A DNA stretch of 60,044 nt from an uncultured Rhodanobacteraceae bacterium (GTDB taxonomy: Bacteria > Pseudomonadota > Gammaproteobacteria > Xanthomonadales > Rhodanobacteraceae), in the NCBI GenBank assembly GCA_965651365.1, contig CBFGSA010000001.1:1-60044 (forward strand). The letters are read 5' to 3'. How positions within the stretch are numbered: the first letter of the stretch is position 1; each line of letters begins with the position of its first letter. A program made the position numbers and the translations under genes. Of the stretch, positions 35,887 through 46,100 are shown in pieces. The notes below the pieces were generated by a model. It searched no databases and had not been told where the DNA came from. It saw nothing but the letters and a program-made list of their open reading frames with translations.

Positions 35887-37269
35887 TCAGCACTCGATCA
35901 CGTTTACGGCCAGCCCGCCGCGTGAAGTTTCCTTGTACTTGTCGCGCATGTCGCGGCCGGTGTCACGCATGGTCTTGATCACCTTGTCCAGCGACACGCG
36001 GTGCTTGCCGTCCGAGCGCATCGCCATGCGGCTGGCGTTGATGGCCTTGACCGAGCCCATGGCATTGCGCTCGATGCAGGGGATCTGCACCAGGCCGCCG
36101 ATCGGGTCGCAGGTCAGGCCGAGGTTGTGTTCCATGCCGATTTCGGCCGCGTTCTCGATCTGCCAGATCGTGCCGCCGAGCGCGGCGGTGAGGCCGCCGG
36201 CGGCCATCGAGCAGGCCACGCCGACCTCACCCTGACAACCGACTTCGGCGCCCGAGATCGAGGCGTTTTCCTTGTACAGAATGCCGATGGCACCGGCCGT
36301 GAGCAGAAAATCCAGGATGCCTTGCTCGTTCGCTGCGGGGCAGAAGTCGTGGTAGTAGTGCAGAACGGCGGGAATAATGCCGGCCGCCCCATTGGTGGGT
36401 GCGGTCACCACGCGGCCTCCGGCGGCGTTCTCCTCGTTGACCGCCAGCGCGTACAGATTGACCCAGTCCAGTTGCGTCAATGGGTCCTTGACCGGTTCAT
36501 CGCTGCGCTGCTGCAGATCCTCGTACAGTTTGGGTGCGCGGCGGCTGACACGCAGGCCACCCGGCAGTTCGCCCGGCGAGCGCAGTCCGCGGCTGACGCA
36601 GCCCTGCATCGCGCGCCAGATCGTCAGCAGGCCCTCACGAATCTCGTCCTCGCTGCGCCAGACCTTTTCATTCTCCAGCATCAGCCTGGCGATCGTGATG
36701 CCGTGCTTGTCGCACAGCGCGAGCAATTCGTCACCGGATGAAAAACCGTACGGCTGCGGCGTGGTGTCGGCCACGATGCGGTCCTCGGCGGCCTCGTCGT
36801 GGTTGACCACGAAACCGCCGCCGACCGAGTAGTACTCGCGCGAGGCCAGCTCCGCACCGTCGGCGTCGAAAGCTGCGAAACGCATGCCATTGGGGTGAAA
36901 GGGCAGTTTTTGGCGCTTGTTGAACTTCAGGTCCGCCTTTTCGTTGAAGTCGATCTCGTGCCGGCCCATCAGCCGGATGCGGCCACTGCTGCGGATGCGT
37001 TCGAGGATTCCCGGGATTGCGTCGGGATCGACCCGGTCCGGCCAGTGGCCCTCCAGGCCCAGCAGCACCGCCTTGTCGGTGCCGTGCCCGCGACCGGTCA
37101 GGGCCAGCGAGCCGAACAGCTCGCACTGAATGCGCGCCGCCTTGTCGAGGCGGCCTTCTTCATCCAGCCAGTGGCTGATGAAACGCGCGGCCGCGCGCAT
37201 CGGCCCCACGGTGTGCGAGGACGACGGCCCGATGCCGATCTTGAACAGGTCGAAAATGCTGACGGACAT
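35887..37269 (-). CDS. sdaA: L-serine ammonia-lyase (iron-sulfur dependent, single chain)
   Basis: [25 protein letters not shown]-terminus. 460 aa, colinear with SdaA/SdaB. Confidence 0.92.
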   Translation of the reverse strand: MSVSIFDLFKIGIGPSSSHTVGPMRAAARFISHWLDEEGRLDKAARIQCELFGSLALTGRGHGTDKAVLLGLEGHWPDRVDPDAIPGILERIRSSGRIRLMGRHEIDFNEKADLKFNKRQKLPFHPNGMRFAAFDADGAELASREYYSVGGGFVVNHDEAAEDRIVADTTPQPYGFSSGDELLALCDKHGITIARLMLENEKVWRSEDEIREGLLTIWRAMQGCVSRGLRSPGELPGGLRVSRRAPKLYEDLQQRSDEPVKDPLTQLDWVNLYALAVNEENAAGGRVVTAPTNGAAGIIPAVLHYYHDFCPAANEQGILDFLLTAGAIGILYKENASISGAEVGCQGEVGVACSMAAGGLTAALGGTIWQIENAAEIGMEHNLGLTCDPIGGLVQIPCIERNAMGSVKAINASRMAMRSDGKHRVSLDKVIKTMRDTGRDMRDKYKETSRGGLAVNVIEC

Positions 37270-37333
37270 GGGTTTGGCCTCGCCGGCTGGCTAAAATGGC
37301 ATTGTACGAGCTGCCACCGGCACGGATAAACCT

Positions 37334-37558
37334 TTGCCCGAACTGATTCTCTACCAGCGCGACGACTGCAAGCTTTGTGATCAGGCACTGGCACTGCTGG
37401 CCGCCGCCGGCGTGCCGGACTTTGAAAGCGTCTGGATCGACGACGATCCCGACCTCGAAGCCCGCTACGGCGACCGCGTGCCCGTGCTGCGCAACCGCCG
37501 CTCCGGCAGCGAGCTGGACTGGCCCTTCAGCACGCAGCAAATCCAGGCGCTGCTGTAG
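37334..37558 (+). CDS. glutaredoxin-like family protein (DUF836)
   Basis: LILYQRDDCKLCDQA (CxxC) ...YGDRVPVL. TTG start as in the ORF track. Confidence 0.7.
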   Translation: MPELILYQRDDCKLCDQALALLAAAGVPDFESVWIDDDPDLEARYGDRVPVLRNRRSGSELDWPFSTQQIQALL

Positions 37559-37699
37559 GTGCAGCCCATGCGCGCGACAGTCGTGCAGTCATCCCGCGCA
37601 AGAGGATAGCTCGGATGAAGGCGCGCCGCGCTGCAATCCGGGGTGCGGATGGCATGAGAAAGCCTGGCCCCGGATTTCGCTGCGCTGCATTCGGGCTAC
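37555..37699. repeat. REP cluster (GTAGGTGCAGCCCATGCGCGCGAC at 37555-37578; GCTCGGATGAAG...CATTCGGGCTAC pair at 37607-37699)
   Basis: Read directly. The outer units contain the TAG stops of the glutaredoxin-like gene (plus strand) and higA-2 (minus strand). Confidence 0.8.
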
Positions 37700-38019
37700 G
37701 GGTGTGTCGCGGGTACCAGCGGCTTGATTCTGGCCAGGTTCTTCACCGCGGCCTGCTCGGCGTCCCAAAGATCAACGGCGCGTTGTGCATTGGCCCAGAA
37801 CTCCGCCGAATTTCCAAAAAGGCGTGCCAGGCGCAAAGCCATTTCGGGGCTCACGGCGCGGCGCTCGCGCAGCAGTTCGTTGACGGACTGGCGCGATACG
37901 CCCAGGCGTTTTGCCAAGCTGGAAACGGTCAAGGCGTAATCGGGCAGAAAGTCTTCGCGCAGCATCTCACCCGGATGGGTCGGTCGGCGCTGCAGACGGA
38001 GGGTGTTTGAGATAGTCAT
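37696..38019 (-). CDS. higA: HigA-family antitoxin (HTH_XRE), second copy
   Basis: THPGEMLREDFLPDYALTVSSLAKRLGVSRQSVNELLRERRAVSPEMALRLARLFGNSAEFWANAQ. Confidence 0.85.
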   Translation of the reverse strand: MTISNTLRLQRRPTHPGEMLREDFLPDYALTVSSLAKRLGVSRQSVNELLRERRAVSPEMALRLARLFGNSAEFWANAQRAVDLWDAEQAAVKNLARIKPLVPATHP

Positions 38020-38033
38020 TTGTGGCGTCATTT

Positions 38034-38315
38034 TCAGTGGTAGTCGCAAAACTGGACGTCGAAGGCATCGCCATCAACGAGGCGGAAGCAGATGCGCCAT
38101 TGATCGTTGACCGAAATCGAATATTGTCCTTTTCGGCTGCCTGCCAGTGCGTGCAGCCGATTCCCGGGCGGAACCTTCAAATCGGCCAGGCACGTCGCCA
38201 GGTTGACGTATTCCAGCTTGCGGGCGGCACGCTTGCCGATGTCCGGTGGGCAACGCCTGGTGCTTCCGGTGAGGAAGAGCTCACGGGTGGCGCGGTCTGC
38301 AAACGTTTTGATCAC
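38034..38315 (-). CDS. higB: type II toxin HigB, second copy
   Basis: (V)IKTFADRATRELF...GSRKGQYSISVNDQWRICFRLVDGDAFDVQFCDYH. 93 codons, the same length as copy 1. GTG start at 38315. Confidence 0.8.
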   Translation of the reverse strand: MIKTFADRATRELFLTGSTRRCPPDIGKRAARKLEYVNLATCLADLKVPPGNRLHALAGSRKGQYSISVNDQWRICFRLVDGDAFDVQFCDYH

Positions 38316-38321
38316 TGGACA

Positions 38322-38350
38322 AACGTAATGCGTCACGTGACGCACGTCAA
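38322..38350 (-). promoter_or_regulatory. putative higBA-2 promoter TTGACG-N17-TACGTT with 14-bp perfect operator palindrome GCGTCACGTGACGC (38330-38343)
   Basis: Read on the minus strand. The GTG start is 6 nt after the -10 element and there is no Shine-Dalgarno sequence. Confidence 0.5.
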
Positions 38351-38385
38351 GCACGCAGGCCCTTGCGTACCGTGCACAGCCGGGC

Positions 38386-38480
38386 GTAGCCCGGATGAAG
38401 GCACAACGCGCTGCATCCGGGGAATGGCGTGGCATGAGCGAAGCCTGATCCCGGATTGCGCTGCGCTGCATCCGGGCTAC
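38386..38480. repeat. REP pair (GTAGCCCGGATGAAGGCACAACGCGCTGCATCCGGG ... CCCGGATTGCGCTGCGCTGCATCCGGGCTAC)
   Basis: Direct match to the units at 12171-12331 and 37607-37699. Confidence 0.8.
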
Positions 38481-38540
38481 GGACTGGCCAGGTTCTTCGT
38501 GGGCGAGGAATTTCTGACTCGTTGCGCGCATGGCGCGCTC

Positions 38541-39890
38541 TTACAAGCGCTTGAGGATCTGGGTGCGGGCTTCGCGCAGGATGGAGTCGCGGTCGAGGCT
38601 TTCGACCACCTCGCGCACGGCGCGCTTGGCGCCCTTGGCACCCCAGGACTTGCCGTGGATCAGATAGTGTTCGGCGGCGCGGCCGATCAGGGTGGTGGCG
38701 TACCAGGCCAGCGCGCCCTGAAAGCCGGCCGTGACCACGGTAGAAAGCCCGACACTGACGCCCTTGAGCGCCGAGGCGACCAGGTGCACACCCCAGATCG
38801 CGCCCATCAGGGCAATGAGCTGGGCGCTGATGGTGGCGACCAGGCGTCCGGATTCCGAGCGCGTCAGCGGCAGGCCGTAGATGCGTGAAAGCTGCACCAC
38901 CATGGCCGCATCGAGCCCGGCCGCGGCCAGCAGGTCGGCGACCGGGACCGGGTTCAGCGCCACGGCCACGCCCTTGGCCAGGCAGTACTGGCGGATCAGC
39001 TTGCTGGCGAGTTGCCGTCTCGTTTCGGCAATGCGGCGGCTGACGCGGTCGGTGAGGCGGCCGGCAAACAGACCGGCGTTGATCGCGGCCAGCTCCTTGC
39101 CTTCGCGTTCGGCGATCTGCACCAGCCGCGTGCGCAGGGCGCTGACATCGGGCGCTTGGGCCTGTTCGGTTTCGTGCACCGCGCCGTGTGCATCCACCTG
39201 CACGCTGCGCAGCGGCGCGGGCAGGGCCGCGACGGCAACGACGTTCTCCGCTTGCACCAGGCCGACGCTGCGCTGGCGCAGATGGGCCAGCAGGCGATCG
39301 AGATTCTCGTCCGAGAAGCGGTCACGCTTGTTCAGCGCTACCAGCAGTGGACGGTGGGTTTCGCCCAACGCGTGCAGTGCGTCCAGTTCCTCGCGGGTAA
39401 AATCGCCGTCGACCACGAACACCACCAGATCGCTGACTTCGGCGACCTCGTAGGCCAGTTTTTCGCGTGCCTCGCCGTCCAGCTCGTTGATGCCGGGCGT
39501 ATCAATCAGCACCAGCCCGGCGTGGCTGGCCTCGTCCAGCGCCTGTTGCGCCGATTGGGTGGTGGTGCCGTGCAGCACGCCGACGGCAAACGCGTCCCGA
39601 CCGAGCAGGGCGTTGCACAGTGCGGATTTGCCGGTGGACACACGGCCGAACACGGCCACGTGCAGCTCGCCCTTTTCCAGCCGCGCCAGCATGCGTTCGA
39701 TGTCGGCAAATTCGCTGGCCAGCTCGGCGCGAACGTCGTCCGGAATCTGCTCGTCATCAAGCAGGCTGCGCAGACTGCCAGTGACCGGGTCCGCACGCCT
39801 CGGCACAGTAGCGGCAGGGCCCGGTTTTGTCTTCCGGTTGCCGCCTGGTATGCGTCTCAGCAGCTTGCGCCATGCGCCCGTCAGATCCAT
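38541..39890 (-). CDS. GTPase with C-terminal DUF697-like membrane domain (paralog 2)
   Basis: G1 GRVSTGKS, G3 DTPG, G4 NKRD. C-terminal hydrophobic region resembling the YcjF/DUF697 family. Confidence 0.7.
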   Translation of the reverse strand: MDLTGAWRKLLRRIPGGNRKTKPGPAATVPRRADPVTGSLRSLLDDEQIPDDVRAELASEFADIERMLARLEKGELHVAVFGRVSTGKSALCNALLGRDAFAVGVLHGTTTQSAQQALDEASHAGLVLIDTPGINELDGEAREKLAYEVAEVSDLVVFVVDGDFTREELDALHALGETHRPLLVALNKRDRFSDENLDRLLAHLRQRSVGLVQAENVVAVAALPAPLRSVQVDAHGAVHETEQAQAPDVSALRTRLVQIAEREGKELAAINAGLFAGRLTDRVSRRIAETRRQLASKLIRQYCLAKGVAVALNPVPVADLLAAAGLDAAMVVQLSRIYGLPLTRSESGRLVATISAQLIALMGAIWGVHLVASALKGVSVGLSTVVTAGFQGALAWYATTLIGRAAEHYLIHGKSWGAKGAKRAVREVVESLDRDSILREARTQILKRL

Positions 39891-39897
39891 GGACGGC

Positions 39898-40461
39898 TCA
39901 ATGCAACACGAGGTGGGCGTGGACCGGCACGTCGTTGCCGATATCGGCCCAGTCCTCGCTGCTGCCGAGGCCGAATTCGAGGCGCTTCAATGTGGTATGC
40001 ACATCCAGCGTGGCACCGCCGCCGGTGGGCTTGAAGTCGACTTTCAGACTCACCGGGCGCTTCACCCCGTGCAGGTCCAGCGAGCCATTGGCGTACACGG
40101 AGCCGTCATCCCGGCGCTCAAACCCGGTGGTCACGAAGCGGGCGCTCGGAAATTTCCTCGTCTCAAAGAAGTCGCCGCCGGTCAGCGTCTGGTCGCGCTC
40201 GCGGGATTGGGTGTCGACGCTGGCGAGCTTGACTCTGACATCAAAGCTTGCATCGGCCAGTTTGTCGGGGTCGTAGATGATTGTGGCATCGAATTCCCGG
40301 AACTGGCCGGTAAACGGCTCGTCCTGGTAGCTGGCGGTGAACTGCAGTGTGCTCTGATCACTGACGACCTTCCAATCGCGCGCTTTGGCCGCCAGTGGCG
40401 CGGACAGCGCGAGCGCCAGGATTGTGCAGAGAAAAATACGCGTCACGGTCGGATACCTCAC
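39898..40461 (-). CDS. YceI-family periplasmic polyisoprenoid-binding protein
   Basis: Signal peptide ...RIFLCTILALALSAPLAA, then WKVVSDQSTLQFTASYQDEPFTGQFREF. GTG 40461 overlaps the upstream stop as GTGA; GTG 40446 is an alternative start. Confidence 0.8.
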   Translation of the reverse strand: MRYPTVTRIFLCTILALALSAPLAAKARDWKVVSDQSTLQFTASYQDEPFTGQFREFDATIIYDPDKLADASFDVRVKLASVDTQSRERDQTLTGGDFFETRKFPSARFVTTGFERRDDGSVYANGSLDLHGVKRPVSLKVDFKPTGGGATLDVHTTLKRLEFGLGSSEDWADIGNDVPVHAHLVLH

Positions 40462-41015
40462 AGATTCGGTTTGCGTCCGGCCCCAGGCAGCATGCGCCGC
40501 AGGGTGTCGTCGCGATCGAGGAAATGGTGCTTCAGGGCGGCGCCAACATGCAAGACGGTGACCGCCACCAGCGCCCAGAACAGGCTCTCGTGCCAGAGCT
40601 GGAAAACATCCGCCAGCTCGCGGTTGGCGCCGCCGGTGAGGCTGGGCAACTTCAGCCACCACCACCAGTACAGCGGGCGCAGGCTGCTGTAGGAATCGAA
40701 CAGCCAGCCGCTGATGGGGATCGCGAACAGCAGAACGTACAGGGCCACATGGGTGCCGCGTGCCAGCCCGTCCTGCCAGCCCGGCATCGGCAGCTTGGGC
40801 GGTCGGCGCTGAAACAGGCGAAAGCCCAGACGCAGCACGGCCAACAGCAGGATCGTGATGCCGAGTGACTTGTGCAGGGTGTAGACCCAGATGATGTCGG
40901 GGCGCCTGGGCAACTGCACCATGGTCAGACCGATCGTGGCCTGCACCAGGATCAGCGCCGCGATCAGCCAGTGGAACAGCCGCGCCGCACGGCTCCAGAC
41001 TTCAACTGTTGACAT
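40458..41015 (-). CDS. cytochrome b561 family protein (YceJ/CybB-like)
   Basis: RLFHWLIAALILVQ...LHKSLGITILLLAVLR...THVALYVLLFAIPISGW...HESLFWALVAVTVLHVGAALKHH shows the four-helix di-haem His pattern. Confidence 0.85.
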   Translation of the reverse strand: MSTVEVWSRAARLFHWLIAALILVQATIGLTMVQLPRRPDIIWVYTLHKSLGITILLLAVLRLGFRLFQRRPPKLPMPGWQDGLARGTHVALYVLLFAIPISGWLFDSYSSLRPLYWWWWLKLPSLTGGANRELADVFQLWHESLFWALVAVTVLHVGAALKHHFLDRDDTLRRMLPGAGRKPNL

Positions 41016-41649
41016 TACTGTCTCCCTTTTCGGGGCGCGCCTTGCGGTATTCGTCGAGCGCGTCGCGATCGGCCACGGCCTCGATCTCCAGGCGTACGCT
41101 GACCCAGCGACCGATTGATCCGGAATGGGCGGTGATGCCGAACTGGCGCCGGTCGAGTTGGGCTCGGGCAGAAAAGCCGATGCGTTTCTCCATGCCGAAA
41201 ATCGTCGTGCCTTCGCGATTGAGGGTGAAGGCCACGTCCACGGGTACGCTGTGGCCATTGAGGCTCAGCTTGCCGTGCAGCGTGCCCTGCCGCTCATTGG
41301 TGAGGTCAACGGACGTGCTGAGAAAGTGCGCGTAACGCTGCCTGCCGGCATCCAGCAGGCGCGGACCGCGCACGGCCTTGTCCCAGTCGGCATCGCCCAT
41401 GTCCACACCGGCCAGGTCGATCTCGGCCTCGGCTGCACCGCTGGCCAGGTTTTCGGAATCCACCTTGAGCCAGCCGCGCGTGACGGGCAGGCGCCCGACC
41501 GGGCTGGAAAAGCCGTTGTGGCTGACCGAAAACAGTACCTGCGAGTGTACGGAATCGATGCGGTACAGCTGCTCGGCAGCGTGGGTGCTGCCGGCCATGG
41601 CCAGCAATACCGCAAAAAGAGCAACTTGAAGCGCTTGAAATCGGCTCAT
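41002..41649 (-). CDS. YceI-family protein
   Basis: Signal peptide, then YRIDSVHSQVLFSVSHNGFSSPVGRL. Overlaps the downstream cytb561 start by 14 nt. Confidence 0.85.
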   Translation of the reverse strand: MSRFQALQVALFAVLLAMAGSTHAAEQLYRIDSVHSQVLFSVSHNGFSSPVGRLPVTRGWLKVDSENLASGAAEAEIDLAGVDMGDADWDKAVRGPRLLDAGRQRYAHFLSTSVDLTNERQGTLHGKLSLNGHSVPVDVAFTLNREGTTIFGMEKRIGFSARAQLDRRQFGITAHSGSIGRWVSVRLEIEAVADRDALDEYRKARPEKGDSNVNS

Positions 41650-43121
41650 GCGTCGTCCTTCGTGGCTGCGGCCGGATGTCTTGCGGCGTCCACGGTCAAG
41701 GCGGCCAGGCGCCGGATGCGTTGGTGGTTGGACTGGCCAAGCAAATCGCGCAGTCGTTCACCGGCCTCGTCGGTGTCCAGGCGCTGGCGTGCGGCCAGGG
41801 TGCCGGCCAGCGCCTTGCCCAGGCTGTCGAAGATCAGTGCGTAGGCGAAGGCGTGCAGCACGCCGCCACCCAGCGTGCCCAGACCGGGAAAGGCCTTGAG
41901 CGCATTGCCGGCAATGGCCAGCACCACCGAGGCACTGGTGCGCAGATTCATGCGCGCCTGCTTGAGAAAGTCGTCGATCTGCAGGTCGCTGACGGCAATG
42001 CCGTGTAGTTTGCCCAGCTCGCGTGCCATGGCCGTGGCCAGCGCGCCCTGGATCACCAGATCGCTGCCGGGCGCCACGGCAGCCAGTGCGCCGACCACGG
42101 CGCGGCGGGTGTAGCGGGCCACGATGCGTTCGACTTCGATGGCACGCTGGCTGGCTTCCAGCTCGCCGGTACGCTGGTGCAGGCGGGCCAGCACGGCGCG
42201 TTCGCGGGCGGCTTCCAGCGCCTGCGCGCCGGGCGCGGTGACATGCTGCAGGGCCCGCTTCAGGTCCTCGACTTCGGCCAGCGCGCTGCGCTCGACCTGC
42301 TCGGTGCGGCCATCGGCCAGGACCCGCTCAAAGCGCTCGCTGCCGCCGGCGCGGGTAGCCACCACCGCATCAACCAGGCCGCCGGCATGACGTTGCAAAG
42401 CCTCAAGCAGTTGCGTTCGTTCCGGACCGCTCCACTGGTCGGCCTTGTTCAGCGCCAGCAGCATCGGTTTGCCGAATTCGGCCAGCCAGCGCAGTTCTTC
42501 CATCTGGCTGCGGGTGAGATCGGCCGCCGTGACATAGACCACGGCATGGGCGCGCAGGGCCTCGTCGCGGGCCACTGCCTCGCGTGCTTCGCCACCGGCC
42601 TCGCGGCTGCCGGGCACATCGGCCAGGCGGATGCCGCGGCCGTCGGGCAGACGGCTGTCGTGGTGGTGGACGCTTTGCGTGCTGCCGCCGATCACATCGG
42701 TGCGCATTTTTGCGCCGGGCACCAGCGCGGCAACCAGGCTCGACTTGCCACTGGAAATCTCGCCGAACAGCGCAACGTACAGCCTGCCTTCCGCATGGCG
42801 TGCATCGAGCTCCCGGAGCTCGGCGCGCAGTGCGCCGGTGTCGGCGCCGCGCTGACCCAGCACATCGATGCGCCGGTCGATCGTGCCGCGATCCACCTCG
42901 GCCATCCTGGGCTTGCGCCGCGGCCGCAGCCAGATCCAGGCCAGCCAGGCCGCCACCAGCGCAAACGCGATCAGCACGGCTCCGACCAGCCATTGGAGCC
43001 AGCCGGGCAGGCCGGCAACCCGCTGTGCCAGCGCCACGGCGCGCTCGGCCGTGAGCAGCAGCAACAGCAGCGCCGCCAGTAGCGCCACAGCCACGATCAG
43101 CTTGCGGATGCGGGAACTCAT
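41646..43121 (-). CDS. membrane-anchored GTPase with C-terminal DUF697-like domain (paralog 1)
   Basis: Two N-terminal TM segments. G1 GEISSGKS, G3 DVPG, G4 NKAD. ATGA overlap with the yceI start. Confidence 0.7.
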   Translation of the reverse strand: MSSRIRKLIVAVALLAALLLLLLTAERAVALAQRVAGLPGWLQWLVGAVLIAFALVAAWLAWIWLRPRRKPRMAEVDRGTIDRRIDVLGQRGADTGALRAELRELDARHAEGRLYVALFGEISSGKSSLVAALVPGAKMRTDVIGGSTQSVHHHDSRLPDGRGIRLADVPGSREAGGEAREAVARDEALRAHAVVYVTAADLTRSQMEELRWLAEFGKPMLLALNKADQWSGPERTQLLEALQRHAGGLVDAVVATRAGGSERFERVLADGRTEQVERSALAEVEDLKRALQHVTAPGAQALEAARERAVLARLHQRTGELEASQRAIEVERIVARYTRRAVVGALAAVAPGSDLVIQGALATAMARELGKLHGIAVSDLQIDDFLKQARMNLRTSASVVLAIAGNALKAFPGLGTLGGGVLHAFAYALIFDSLGKALAGTLAARQRLDTDEAGERLRDLLGQSNHQRIRRLAALTVDAARHPAAATKDDA

Positions 43122-43169
43122 GCAGCCATTGTAGACTTGAAAGCCGTGCAGGATGCTGGGGAGAACGAG

Positions 43170-46100
43170 ATGCTGGGTGCAGTATTCATGGTCGGTGCAT
43201 TGCTGTCATCGGCGGCTTCGCCGCCGGTGGGGCTTCCGCCGACGCCGTGGTTTCGCCGCTACGGTGTCAGCGAGGGACTGCCCTCGAGTCGCGTGTACGC
43301 CACGGTCCAGGATCGCGCGGATTACATCTGGGTGGGCACGGGCGACGGCCTGGCTCGTTTTGACGGGCAGAACTTTCGCGTGTACCGGCATGATCCAGGC
43401 CATGCCGACTCTCTGGCGGCCAATGATGTGTCCGCATTGCTGGTGGATGACCAGGGGCAATTGTGGGTTGGCGGCGGCGACAACGGTCTCAACCGCCTGA
43501 ACAGCGCAGGCACCGGTTTTGATCACTGGCTGCATGACTCCAACAAGGCTGACAGCCTGTCCGGCAATGACGTGATGGGCCTGGCCCAGGATGCGGACGG
43601 GCGCATCTGGGTGGGTGTGTATGCCGGCGGCGTCAACCGGCTCAAGCCCGATGGCAGCGGGTTTGTGCACTGGCGCCACAAGGCGGGCGATCCAGGCAGC
43701 CTGGCGTCGGACAACGTGATGTCGCTGCATGCCGGCCGGGCGGGACGCGTGTGGATCGGCACCGACAAGGGTCTGGATTTGATCGAACCCGATGGACATC
43801 TGCGCCACATCCCTTTTGCCGGATCGCCGACCGCGCCCTGGGTGTGGCAGATTCGCGGTGAAGATGAAGATGTGCGCCTGGGAACCAGCGATGGCTTGTA
43901 CCGTGTCGGCAAGGATGGCGTGGCACGGCGCTGGCCCGGCGAAAAGAACCGGCACGGGGATGTGTTTGCCAGTCTGCGCGACCGCAGCGGCGAGGTCTGG
44001 GTCGGGGGGCGGGGCGCCGTGCGCCTGCACACCGGCACGGGTCGCAGCTACAGCTTTCCCACCCGTCCGATGGTGCCCGGTGGCTTGTCGGCGAGAACGG
44101 TTGTGGATGTTGAGGTCGATCGGGAAGGTGGCCTGTGGCTGTCGAGCGCGGATGCCGGCTTGTTCTACCTGGGGCCGGATTGGCGCGACTTCAGCCGTTT
44201 TGCGCACATTCCCGAGGATCCGAAAAGTCTCAGCAGCAGTCGCATCATGGCGCTGGCCGTGGACGATGAGGGGCAGTTGCTGGTTGGCGGCATGGCCGGC
44301 CAGCTTGACCTGCTTGATCCGGCAACGGGCAAGGCCTTGCACCTGGGTGGCGCCGGGCGTTTGCCATCGACATCGGTATTGAGTCTGGCGCCGGACGGGC
44401 CGGGACGCGTCTGGATCGGCATGCAAGGTCACCTGTACCTGCATGATGGCAAGCATCTGCGCGAGGTTCCCGACCCACGTCTGAAGACCGGCATTCGCGA
44501 TTTGCTGGTGCAGGCGGATCACAGCGTGCTGGTTTCGCCGCTGGGGCAAGGCATTGTTCGGGTGAATCCGCAGTCACTGGCGGTGAGCGAGGTGGCACTG
44601 GCATTCGATGCGGCGCAGGCGGGGCAGACTCTGCACCTGGCGCAGATCGGCCACGAGGTCTGGCGCGCGAGTGCGGGTGGCCTGTCCAGGCTCACCGCTG
44701 ATGGCACCCGTTTTGCCCCCGTTGGTGGCGTCAAGTCGGGGCGGATCAATGCCTTTGTGGCAAGCGGCCAGCAGGTCTGGCTGGCCCGCCCTGACGCACT
44801 CGAGCAGTATCGTCGCGACGGCAAGCAGCTGCTGTTGACACGCACGGTTTCGGCAGCGGACGGCTTTCCGGCCATCAATATCAGTCGCCTGGTGATTGAT
44901 GATGACGGACGGGTGTGGATGACCAGCCGTGTCGGTCTGTGGCGCTTTGATCCTTCCAGTGGCAAGTTTCGCCGTTATGGAACCGCCGACGGCCTGCCCA
45001 GTCCGGAATTCACCGACACCCTGGTGCGCCTGCCCGGTGGCGTCGTGTTTGCGGGCACCCTGTCGGGTGTGGCGGGATTCCAGCCCGATCGGCTGCACGA
45101 TCATGCGCGGCGACCGGCCATTGCACTGGAAGAACTCAGTGTGCAGCGTGACGGCCAGCGCGTGCGCCTGGACGCCAATGCCGACAGAGTGCATCTGGCC
45201 TGGGACGATCGCAACCTGCAGGCAACGGTCAAGGCGCTGAGTTACATCAATCCCGAGCGCAATCACTATCGCTTCCGGATGACCGGGTTTGACAGCGAGT
45301 GGGTGGATACGGGGGCGCGCGGTTCGCGTGAATTCACGGGTCTGCGCGCCGGTGATTATTCACTCGAAGCCGAGGCTGCCGGGGCCAGCAATACCTGGTC
45401 CAGGTTGCCGCAAGCCATCAAGATCACGGTCGCCGCACCGCCCTGGAGAACACCTTTGGCGTGGGCCGTGTATCTGGCGGCGACGTTGCTGCTGGCCGTG
45501 CTCGTCTGGCGAACGCTGAAACTGCGCCTGCATCGGCGCATGGAGATTGAACTGCTGGACGAACAACGCCGCCTGGCCGAGGACGCCAACGCCGCCAAGA
45601 CCCGTTTTCTGGCCACCATGGGCCACGAGATCCGCACACCCATGACCGGTGTGCTGGGCATGGCCGAGCTGCTGACCCACACCCGGCTCGATGCCGAGCA
45701 AAAAGACATGGTCGGCACCCTGCGTCACTCTGGAGAAGTGTTGTTGAAACTGGTCAATGATGCGCTGGATCTGGCGCGCATCGAGGCGGGCCGCTTCGAG
45801 CTGGAGCAGCGCCCGGTCGATCCGGTTGCGCTGCTGCACGAAGTGTCGGCACTCGAAACAGGCCTGGCCAGCGGGAAAGGCATCGCGCTGCGCGTCGATG
45901 TCGGCAACGGCATTCCGGCACGGGTCCGGGGCGACGCGATTCGTCTGCGGCAGATTTTGCTCAACCTCACCAGCAATGCCATCAAGTACACGCAAGATGG
46001 CACCGTGATGCTGGCCTTGGACATGGTGGATGGCCGCTTGTGCTACCGGGTGACCGACAGCGGCCAGGGCATGGACGCCGAGCTGAAACGGCGCCTGTTT

